A stretch of DNA of 63,892 bases, filler included, from Intoshia linei (lineage: Eukaryota > Animalia > Orthonectida), in NCBI GenBank assembly GCA_001642005.1. It is 5 parts of 5 records of this genome, joined end to end, with 100 filler letters (N's around TTAATTAATTAA, not from the genome) between each part and the next. Parts side by side here need not be neighbours in the genome. Positions count along the whole stretch, not along the records: positions 1 to 18,791 come from LWCA01000761.1; positions 18,892 to 40,251 come from LWCA01000651.1; 3 more parts are not named here. One strand, given 5' to 3'. Positions 12,001 through 21,730 of the stretch are shown one piece after another; position 1 is the first letter of the stretch, and the number at the start of each line of letters is the position of its first letter. Under the pieces are notes generated by a model. The model saw nothing but the letters and a program-made list of their open reading frames with translations. It made no database searches and was not told where the DNA came from. A program made the translations under genes and the position numbers.

Positions 12001-15000
12001 ACGCTACAATCACAAAAATGGCCATTGTCTATAAATAAAATGAACAGCTGCCAAAGATTTTATAACGTTATTATGGAATTAGTCGACACTGAAAAAAAGT
12101 TTATACAGGTAAATAAGTAAATAAGTTTTATTTTAAACAAAATTTCAGGATATGAAAACCTTGAATGACCGATTTATAAATCCAATGCGTTTTGAAAAAT
12201 TCTTACCAAATGAAATTATCGAGAATTTGTATTGTACTTGTCGAAAAATAATTGAATTTCATGAAAATATTTGTGAATCTTTTGAATCAGCTGTAGAAGA
12301 CATACCAGACATTTTAGAAAACCACTCATTACAAATATTTAATGTAAGCCGATCATTTTAATATAAATTATCTGTAGGATTTTATCATTCATTTATGCAA
12401 TTCTTTTATATTCTTTGCTCACAATTTTAGAATATATTCCTCTTATTGTTCATATCAATCCAAGCTAGCAAAATATATAAAGCAGGGTATAAATGGCTAT
12501 TTTAATTATATCATTTTATAGAATCATCTGAAGAAATTAAGAATTTTCTAGACTCTAGAAATCCCAACTGTTTGAAAGAATTATCATTTGAAACTTTTAT
12601 AATAAAGCCAATACAACGTATTTTGAAATATCCATTATTGATACGACAATTAAATCAATTAATTGAAAAAAAATCGTGTGAAAAACAACACTTGGAAGAT
12701 ACAGTACAAGCTTTAGAAGCAGTGGCAGAGCATGTTAATGAAATGCAAAAAATTTCAGATGATTATGATGATATATTCACATCAATAACAAGAGACTATC
12801 AATTAAACCACCCATCCAAACCACCAGCAGATATAGTTGTAAGTGAATTGCAAATGTATGGAACTGTAAAATGGCTTAACTCTGTCGATTTTATTGGAAA
12901 ATCAAAAAAAAAATCAAATTTACTTTATTTTATATTCGTTTTTTTAAAAGGTGTAGTGATTATGGCACAGTCAAACAAATATGAAAAAAAGAATATATTT
13001 CCAACTAAAAAAAAAGTAATATATTAAAAATGCCTATAATTAACAACATCCTTGAAATCTACATGATCACTAATAATATGAAAGCTCTTGCTATTTTTTT
13101 GCTAAATTTCAGTAAACATGAAATTGGGAAAAATCAATTTAGGGCTGAAACCCAGATTTTTGTATTTCAAATACAGTGGAGATAATAAAAATAATATAAA
13201 ATGTTATGTACAGTAATTAACTAACTTGACTGTTATGTAATGTTAATATTTAAAATTTTTTGAAAATGAAAATCAAAAATTGCGGAGAAATGAAAAAAAC
13301 CCCGAAGAAATCAATTATATAGATTTCCACCTATATTTATTTATTGAAAATGTGTAGATGTTCAATGTATATTTTTTTGAAATCGTAGGATGATTATTTT
13401 ACTTTTTAAAAATATTGGTTGATAATCGCTGATAGACGCTATTTATAACATTTTTTTGGTGTTGTAAATTATAATATTAATATTATTATTAATAATGGAA
13501 AATGTTATACGATAATATTAAAGTTAATAATTTTATTGTTATTATATTTTCGAAATAATGAATAACGAGTCGTTATTAACGATACACAAAATAATATTTA
13601 CCGTATTTTTCGGAGTATAAGGCGCACCCTTTTACATGAAAAATTAGGAATTCACCTTATATGATGATTTTGCAAGGGAAGATTTTTTTCTAACTATATA
13701 TTGTATCATTTGATTCTTAATTTTTCATAGATAAACTATACATTTTTTTTATTTTTTTAAAACTTCTTTTAATAAAATTTTTCGCGCCTTATACGCCAAT
13801 GCGCCTTAAATGTGAATTTTGTGTTGTAAATTGTTTTTTATATAGGGTGCGGCTTATACTCCGATAAATACGGTAAATATTATTTTGTGTATCGTTGTAT
13901 AATTGATCTAGTTGTATCGTATGTCGTGTAACATAATATTTTATAATTTGTTTTTAAATCAATTGACTTTCGCTTCATTTCAATAATATTAATAATAAAT
14001 TTAATTTTATAAAGTCAACAATGCACAATACAATTTAAATAGTAAAAAATAGATGTTACTTATGATGTTTCACTTATAGGATGAGTTAATTGATGTACTT
14101 AGTACATTGTACTAGGACAGGGGTAGGCGACGATTGAACAATCGGTGGCCAAATCTGTCTAGCGAAAATTCCTAGAGGCCACAACAAAAAATAAAAATAA
14201 TTGTTGTATGTATTTGCATAAATTTTTTTTTCTTTTATGTTTATTTTACAAAAAATTGTTGCTCCTAAAATCAGTTCAATGAAGAGATTAAAAATCATTT
14301 TCTTCAGAAAAGTAATTTATTTTGAACTGTTGAACTTGTTTTTGTATTTAGCTGTTACTAAATCGTCAATGTCTGGTTCAAACTTGCTAGTTTTCAAAAT
14401 CAAACTCTCTTCTAGGTGTAGGTCTGTGATATTGGTTCGTTGGGAACATTTTATTTTGGTCATGTGAGAAAATGTAGACTCGCAGCAATAAGTTGTTAAA
14501 AAAATTGTTAAAAGCTTTCTTGCATTTTCACGCAAAAGTGGATAGTTTGTAGCATGACGCCAGATGTCAAAGATATCTTGGTTTTTCTGAAACCGGTCAA
14601 TTAATATATTATCATTTTACAACTCAATCAACTCTAGTTGAAAATTATCGTTACATTCATCGACCTTAATCATGTGTGGCTCAAAAACAAGTTGCATTGA
14701 TGGTTCAAATTTTTCAAAATCTTAAAACCGTGTTATATATTGATCATATAAAGATGCAAGATATGTTTTAAATCTTTTAAGAATAGAGGCTGATGGTGTT
14801 GTGTTGCTTGAAGTTTCTTTCAAGTATGGAAAATGAATCTGTGAAATATTTTCCTTGTTTATGAGTGATTTCAGAAGTGCAATGTGAGCTCGAAAACTTT
14901 TGATTTTTTTCCAAACCGTATGAATGTTTTTTTGATTTTCTGGTAAGAATATATTTAAATCATTCTGTTTCAACATTATATCCAACAAAAAGGCTATGTT

Positions 15001-16032
15001 TAGAAGAAAATCTGCATCGGTCAATATACTTATTATACTTTTATAAATTGATGAATCTTATATATGACAAGAATATTGAGAAAACAAGTCAGATTTCAAA
15101 TCAAGATGTATTTATTATAAGATAAACTACTTCTCAAGGCAATATATCGTTTTTTGAACTGTCAATTAAAATTTTCACTTTTTTGCAAAATTTTTCTGAG
15201 AGGCTGCAGATGCCCATCCCTGTACTAGGATGATGTGATTTTCTATAGAAAATGATACAATTGAATCATTTTTCAACGTTTTGTATTAGATTCTAGAATG
15301 ATGTTGCTATGAATAGCGTCTACTGTATATTAAAAATTATTTTTTACCAGGAATGCATAACTTCTGGGGTTGAAATTTTGTATTTATATTAAATGGAATA
15401 ATTTCTATCACAATAATCTTTTTTTAACTGTAGGACCATTAATTATTTAAAATTTTTTGTTTTAATAAAATAGTTTTGAAATAAAAAAAATGAATATTAA
15501 AGTACTTTTTTGACCGTGAGGGCGTGACTTATTCAGATTGACATTTTTTGTGTGTCTTAACAGGATACAGCTATAATCTGTAATTTTTTTTTTTAAATTC
15601 TAGGGCTGTTTTCATATAAAAAAATGATAATATGGGTTTTCTACAAAATTGATTTGTAATTTAAATTTAGAAACATAATCAACCAACTAACGGACAAAAG
15701 GAAAACCTCAACAAAATTGTAGTATACAAATGTTGGATTCCTATTAATGAAATTCAAATACACAACAACTCTACAAAATGTTTGTACAAAAATGCATCAT
15801 TTTGGCAACTTATCCATACAAAAAGTGTAAAATATTCGGAAACCTGTTGTCAATACTCCAAAGTCATAGGACAACCATCAAAAATAAGAAAAATATACCA
15901 ATTTGCCAAGTAAGATTAACATAATTTTATCCATGATTTACTAGTTCACACGGTGCAAAAATAGAATTTGTAAGAACGATTCAAGACGTTATACAGACCA
16001 ACATTAAAAAACCAGGAAATGTACATACATAG
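24..16032 (+). CDS. sif: Still life/TIAM-family Rac GEF (EVH1 tail, PH, coiled-coil, DH, PH); multi-exon, 5' end outside window
   Basis: Exon 24-142 (TAINRKSETFIDW...YALKF) resembles the Sif EVH1 domain. Exons 3957-4632 give LIQSIPENIHRENVF..ASDISNLNNWVNC and YRCYLSTTNSTEAPNPK (TIAM1 FRCYLASLQGGELPNPK). Exons 11971-13016 give the DH domain (VIMELVDTEKKFIQDM, IIKPIQRILKYPLLI). Exons 15671-16032 complete the second PH domain. All joins are GT-AG. Confidence 0.85.
4693..5920 (-). CDS. Nested type I membrane protein: signal peptide, C2/MNNL-like domain, TM helix, short tail
   Basis: About 6 exons splice in frame: MNCKMYLAIILIT|CFQYSDAKGIFHFKFISYHNEDGKGLLGLYCDNFSKCD|IITWD..YTYNVTLDNKP|KIISTYVYIYDYDVYGKNDLIDII..ETWYDAHYN|EVSKVYLRYTVHF..|..TM IISVIFGSLLVFTMTVVFIY followed by KKK. 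The last exon contains ORF 4693..5103. The exon 2/3 junction is uncertain. Confidence 0.75.
6445..6774. mobile_element. hAT-type MITE
   Basis: Imperfect TIR TAGGGTTGTCAA / TTGGTAATCCTA; perfect 8-bp TSD GTTGAGAC on both sides. Confidence 0.8.
8490..8984 (-). CDS. Possible 3' exons of an unknown nested gene
   Basis: Four phase-compatible exons give NYDHYDDTYPGVVEELLDLISKH..|NIVHDKKNWKSLLYI|INNISGIDIFFRNAIISI|DQDGCIFQQEVGSY*. No start codon and no recognisable homology. Confidence 0.35.
9511..9969 (+). CDS. Hypothetical 152-aa ORF inside the sif intron
   Basis: Long open frame in very AT-rich DNA, with an in-frame AG acceptor ending at 9483. No recognised domain. Confidence 0.35.
   Translation: MIYYVELNGNGGENRYEYMQDTTILHLEKFDICLIATFSKGINRKVEKVTINSITNNTTEDVEIHVTDEVLTINNHLIFEIKETEIPSIIDEEVQLRMTIATSFITTDDVIDKEKWKYRNSIHQAGKIGELYNDFDDDYRIPSPPIHHTSFN
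10229..10701 (-). CDS. TOMM7: Mitochondrial import receptor subunit TOM7 (nested, 3 exons)
   Basis: Exons 10701-10560, 10350-10305 and 10277-10229 give ...HWGFLPLVIYLG|MKAKDVGSPPITILR|IIPW, matching TOM7 RWGFIPLVIYLGFKRGADPGMPEPTVLSLLW. Confidence 0.88.
10970..11267. mobile_element. Degenerate hAT-type MITE
   Basis: Ends CAGTGGTGGGCAAACT and AGTTTGCCGACCCCT resemble hAT TIRs; TSD not clear. Confidence 0.55.
13601..13873. mobile_element. pogo/Tigger-type MITE
   Basis: TIR CCGTATTTTTCGGAGTATAAGGCGCACC / GGTGCGGCTTATACTCCGATAAATACGG, flanked by TA. Confidence 0.85.
14118..15222 (-). mobile_element. Internally deleted hAT transposon (SPIN/GTF2IRD2-like transposase C-terminus)
   Basis: TIR CAGGGGTAGGC / GCCCATCCCTG; perfect TSD TACTAGGA. 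ORFs 14722..15024 (AFLLDIMLKQNDLNIFL) and 14317..14535 (TTYCCESTFSHM, hAT dimerisation motif). Confidence 0.9.
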
Positions 16033-16148
16033 AATGAAATGTTTACTTTTCATATTAGTAAAATTTATTACACATATTTACAAATAAATTATAAAAAATT
16101 ATTGGTGGGTAAATTAGCATATGTACTTATATATACGTGTTTCGTATG

Positions 16149-18330
16149 CTATTCTGGGTGGTATTTTTTACCAATAGTGTTTATGGAAGGTAGGAAACGT
16201 GGCTTTCTGTGGGATTGTTCTGTTATAGAAATTGGACAAAATTTTGATATTGTTTCTTCAGGTCTTTTCCATGTTTTTATGCCGTCCCGTGATGCTGTAA
16301 TAAGATAGTAATTGGTAAACTGTAAGTCGCTAGAAGAATTTCCGCTGATTTTGTGGCAGACACTGGGATAAATAATTGGAACCGTTTGAAAAGATGACAA
16401 AAATTGATTACCATTACAAGAACATACTCCAGGACAATCATTTAAACAGTCTAAGTCTGGCGTATTTGGTTTTAACGAAGAAAATACTCGCGAAATACCA
16501 TTTAATATATTAATCTGGTTTGTGGGTCGAAATTTAAGACGCCACGGCAAACAAGCAAGTTTTTGTACAAATCTATATCTAAAAAATTCGTCATGATTAA
16601 TTATAGAACTGTTATAGTTGGTATTATCTACAGAAGAAACGTTCATTGTGGTAGCATTAAATCTTGCAATTGTATTAGTGGATTGGTTTCGTTTAAATTT
16701 GCGTAAAATAAACGTACCAAATCGTTTGAGCCCTTTAGGGACACGGTAAGAAGACAGCCAAGGGTATTGACCATTACGCTTATGTTGAATGTCACATTTA
16801 GCAATAGAATTGACGTCATTTTCAATTTTGGAAAGTTGACTATTATCATAAATTTTGTTAAAAGAATAGTTTTTTTTAATAATTTTGTGTTTACAACTGT
16901 TTAATTTCGGCATACTCGAGGAGCTCAAGTCAGACACATTTAAAGGACTTTCAAAGCTATTAGGAGTAGTTCGATTTTGGTATAAATTTACATCGATTTC
17001 CCAAAAACACAGATGTCCATCCTCTCCAACGGATCCGATTCTAACTGTCGTACTTGATAGGTTAGTAAAGGTATGGTCCACCTTGATAGCACGAACCCAA
17101 GATTTATGACCTTCACCTGAACAAATAATTTTTCGTTCGTCCAAACTGTATACATGAACCATATCATCTTCTCCGCCGACAATAATGTAATGACAACCGT
17201 CCCCGCATGGCACCCATCTTAAACATAAAAAATTTCCAAAATAGCTTTTTAGTACATGAATCATTTTTAGTGTTCGGCAATCAAAAATGTATAAATAACT
17301 GTTATTAGTAATCACGGCAAGCAACGTACCGTTTTTACAGAATTCCATTTCAAAAACAATTTGACCAGGAAATGTCCAACATAAAATAGGATTCGTATTG
17401 TTAGTAGATAAAAAATCAACAGTTATGAGTGAATCAAGATTGAATTCAGTAGAGTCATGATTTTCATATTTTTTTTTAAATTGGCAATCTTTGTAGTTGT
17501 TTAAACATTTTTTGGGGTTATCTTTTTTAAAGTTCGTATTTTCTTTGAAAAAAGGCCCAAAAGCATTAGATAAGCGTTTTGTAAATTGAACATTGGAGGA
17601 TATTTTTATTTTGGAAGATTTAACTTTTTGAGCACTTTTGTAAATACTTGAATTCATATTATTAAGAGAACAATCTAGCGTATACAAATGACCGGAATTA
17701 AAAGAAACTACTAAGTGTTGATGTTCCTGTGGAATCCATTTAATAGCTATACAAGGACCGGTTGATTTCTAAATAAAATTATTTAAGTAGTTAACTCTAA
17801 AAAAGACTAACATCAATAGAAAATACACGATTGAGTCCACGTTTTTCAGTATAAACATGGACAACGCCACAAGCTAATCCGACCGCAAACAAAGATTCCC
17901 TATTACACAAAAAATTATTAGGATAACATTAGTATACCCTTCAATAGTGCTGGTGATGTCATGGCACGTAACTTCTCCCGTTTTATACATTCTCTTTAAA
18001 AATGGTTCACTATCAAACTAGATAAATTTAGATGAATTAAATAAAATCGTACAAAGTTTTGATTTTTTCTTAATTTTTTCGCGGAAAAGTTCCAACCGAA
18101 ATTTGTAGCTATTACATAGTGATTAGTATGCTCACACATTGATATTCTAGTTGTTACTTGGTCTAGAAAAATATATAATATCCAGTACTAAATTATTGTC
18201 AACCTTTATATAAACCTGACACCTTGTGGATTATTTTAAATATATTTAGATGTGTGAAGGTATTTTTCTTTTGATTCTCATCAATTCGGAGTTTGTATGA
18301 CCCATCTGAAGCAGTAAACGCATTATTCAT
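16149..18330 (-). CDS. WDR20: WD repeat protein 20/DMWD (USP12/46 cofactor)
   Basis: KSYFGNFLCLRW..YIIVGGEDDMVHVYS..GEGHKSWV matches WDR20. N-terminal exon MNNAFTASDGSYKL resembles TQFTTREGLYKL. Several short 5' exons lie in 17770-18330. Confidence 0.88.
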
Positions 18331-18791
18331 ATTTGCAAGGTTAGCATGAGAAATTCAGTACAAATATAATTATCCATTAAAAATTTATAAAATAAAATAT
18401 GAAATTGCCAATAGTAATAAAACTTAAATACAATTTTTATTTCATAAACTAATATAATCATGAATTTTAAATTTAAATATTATCAATATTAAATTCTTTT
18501 TTAATATTAATTATTTGACGGGGTTTTAATGTTCGATATGACTACTTTTTTTTACATTTTCTTTTTTGTCAGATTTTTTTTCTTTTTCCTCAGAACTTTC
18601 TTCACTGGCATTTTGCAACCAATCAATCAGCGGGGTAGTTTGTTTTCTCATCAAGAGATTTTGCAATTGCTACAACTTTACAACAGATTTAAATCAATTT
18701 TTTTAATTTCAATATATAAATTGATAACGTCTCATTGTATATTATTGCATTGATTATTATTTTATTATTATTATAAAATTATTGCAATAAA

Positions 18792-18891
18792 NNNNNNNNN
18801 NNNNNNNNNNNNNNNNNNNNNNNNNNNNNNNNNNNTTAATTAATTAANNNNNNNNNNNNNNNNNNNNNNNNNNNNNNNNNNNNNNNNNNNN
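18792..18891. other. Assembly gap with artificial all-frame stop linker (also at 40252-40351, 55802-55901, 61456-61555; plain gap at 62918-62938)
   Basis: Identical N-run/TTAATTAATTAA/N-run structure occurs four times. Confidence 0.95.
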
Positions 18892-19008
18892 AAAAATCGA
18901 AGCCAAAAAATTGGAAAAATTTGTCTGGGAGTATATGGGTTAATTATGATTCATTTACCAGGTTAATGCACTTTTTATCAATAAATTGGACTATAATTTA
19001 AAATTTAG

Positions 19009-19168
19009 ATATGGAATACAGTTGTTGTATCCATCAAAGCAACTTATGGAGGTAAACGGAAACGAAGAAATAACTGTAAATGAAATACGAGAAATCCGTT
19101 CATTGTTTCACGATGCAAAATCTTCGGCTAAAATTTTGTCTGATAATAAAGATAAATATATGAAATAA
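19009..19168 (+). CDS. RUVBL1: RuvB-like 1 (pontin), terminal exon only
   Basis: [31 protein letters not shown] closely matches the RUVBL1 C-terminus ([21 protein letters not shown]). Acceptor AG at 19007-19008; upstream exons are absent next to the gap. Confidence 0.88.
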
Positions 19169-19583
19169 ATCTTATCAACGTACTTTACACATATTTCTGA
19201 CCAGCCATGTTTAAATTACAAATTTGAAAACAATTGACACATATACCTAATGTTTATCTTGCGTGCAGTGTTAACAATAGCTTATTATATACGATGCAAC
19301 TATAAAATCATCAAGTACGATGACACTAAAAGACATTAATTTCCTTTCAGTGTACATTGAATCTACCGTTAAAATCTCACCTTCTAACATAATTATTAAC
19401 CTAATTTTTTACTCGCCTCGTAATTTCACAACGAAATTAGCACATTATTTTTAACACTGAGTAGTTTAAAATTTTTATCAAAGTTATACTTTTGCACTTG
19501 GCATACCTATTGTCGATAATACATTTTTATAAGTTATGCATTTATTTAATTTCTGTTTATCAATATTTTCACAATATTCAAAA

Positions 19584-21524
19584 ATGTTAGCTTTAATATT
19601 TGTCTATTCACTCTTGGTATTTTTAATATTTATCCTAAATATTATTTAATTTAGATTTCATCGAAAGGTATGTTTTAATTGTAAATTCTAATAAAGTAAT
19701 AGCTATCTGCGATTTCCCCGAAAGCATTCAAAACAATGATTATTATTATGGTTCAAATTCTTCTCGGCCTATTATATGGAAATTTGAAAAAGCCAATTTG
19801 ATATTATCTAAAACAAACGGTTACGAAATCGGTAATTTCCCTTTTTACTTGATTACTTTTTAGTCATGACTTGTTGGGATAAAACCAGAGATAATTCTAA
19901 AGAATATATACTTGCAAAGTATAACGGTTCATTGGTTTGTTTGCGAATAGTGGTTAAAACAAACAGTATCGTTTTTTCACTGATTGAAGATATCAGCGAC
20001 ATTGACAAATGTAAAAATCACAAATTTCAAACTAGTCTTAATCAATTTTTAATGAAGAAGGGTACGTTACAGTAGATTTTTTTAATTCAAGTTTAGACCT
20101 TTATGACAGCCCAAAAGATACCTGCGTTTTTTCGAGAGCTGACGTTCACGGGCAGTATCTTGCCAATGATGAATTTCATTGTTCTGATGATTTGAATTCT
20201 CGAATGTCTTTTTCTATGAACAATATAAATATCAATTTCTGCAACATTAAAGAAAGATTTCCTTTAGGTAACTGGTTTCAACATTGCACATGTTGTCTTT
20301 AGATGAAATTATTGATGGGGACTTTTCGTGTATGGGACAATTTAGTAAAGACGATGTAGGTGAAGATGTAATGATTTTAAAGTCGAAAGAGAATGACATA
20401 ATATATTGTGGGGTAATTTATTTTTGATACAATATTGTATACCAGTAGTTCTCAAATTACCGTTCGGCTAAAAATCTCATTTTATATAAAAGTTATGTTA
20501 TAAATGAACGGTGGTTGTGAGCGGACTTCATTAGAGAAACGCTGTTATATCTCAGTATTTTAATTAATTCAGTCAATCGTTTTAGTTTTATTACATTAAA
20601 GACGCACAAAACATGGAAATTTCATTTTTTAAAGGAATAGGAGCAAATAAAAAAATAATTTGTCCAAATATTTACGACAAGGATGATAAATTAATTGTTA
20701 AACTAACTCGTATGAATTTTGAAAACATTTCATTACTTTTCTAGCCAAATACTGCGAAAAATGGTGCAAAAATAGCATTAAATGTACTGAAAAATTGGAA
20801 GGGTATCATTGTCACTGTAAACCTGGATACGCGGGAAACAATTGCAACGCCCGTAAGTTTTTTTATTAAGTTTCTGATTGTATTTAGTTGCCAATGAGGA
20901 AACAGATCCTTGTGATTCTATTGTTTGTGAAAACAACTCTACATGTTCCTTTTATCAAAAAGTCACAACTTGTGATTGTAACAGTGGCTATTATGGATCC
21001 ACTTGTCAGTACAAAGGTATATCATTTTAAATTTTAACGGTATATCAAAATGAATTTAGACTTGTGCAAAAATAATCCTTGTCAAAATGGAGGGAAATGT
21101 CATCATATTTTCAGTGACTACAAATGTGATTGTTTGAGAAATTTTAATGGAACAAATTGTGAAAATTATTATAAAGGTATAATTTTACATTACAATGTAA
21201 AAAAAAATTAAATATATTATAGATTTATACAACGTTGAGGTCAATGAAACAGATGTGGTTGAAATAGTAGTAGATTGCAACAATTGTGAAGGTGATTGTG
21301 AAAAATGCGTTGAAGATTCAGACAAATCGAATACAAAATCTTTCTTTGCCCGAACAAACCTGTCTGTCATGTCATTTTCTCTTATTATCGTTTTTGTAAT
21401 TTTATTTATTGCCTTTTTAACTCTTGGTTTGATTTATCTCATTCTGAAAAGAAGGAATAAAAAAAATAGAAAGAATGGGACCACGTCAACAGATTCTAAA
21501 GAAACCAAAACTTTAACTTGTTGA
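19584..21524 (+). CDS. Type I membrane protein with Cys-rich ectodomain and two EGF-like repeats
   Basis: Signal peptide MLALIFVYSLL|ISSK (13-nt microexon 19655-19667). EGF repeats DPCDSIVCENNSTC..CDCNSGYYGSTC and LCKNNPCQNGGKC..CDCLRNFNGTNC. TM FSLIIVFVILFIAFLTLGLIYLIL followed by KRR. Confidence 0.8.
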
Positions 21525-21730
21525 TTTCAAAAGGCTTATTTGTAGATTTTATTTATTAAATTGTACTTGTATTGTTTATTATTTTTACTAGTCCGTGAAA
21601 ATGTAACCTATTTTATAGTTATAGCACCACTTTGGAATAAGTCCAGTTATCATTGTACTATAGGTTTATCATATTTATTGTTACAAGGTTTACATTTGTT
21701 TTGTACACAATTTCCATCTCATTTATACAA

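Noticed and set aside
18836-18847. TTAATTAATTAA motif repeated four times in the window
   Set aside because: Always centred in N-runs, so it is an artificial scaffolding linker.
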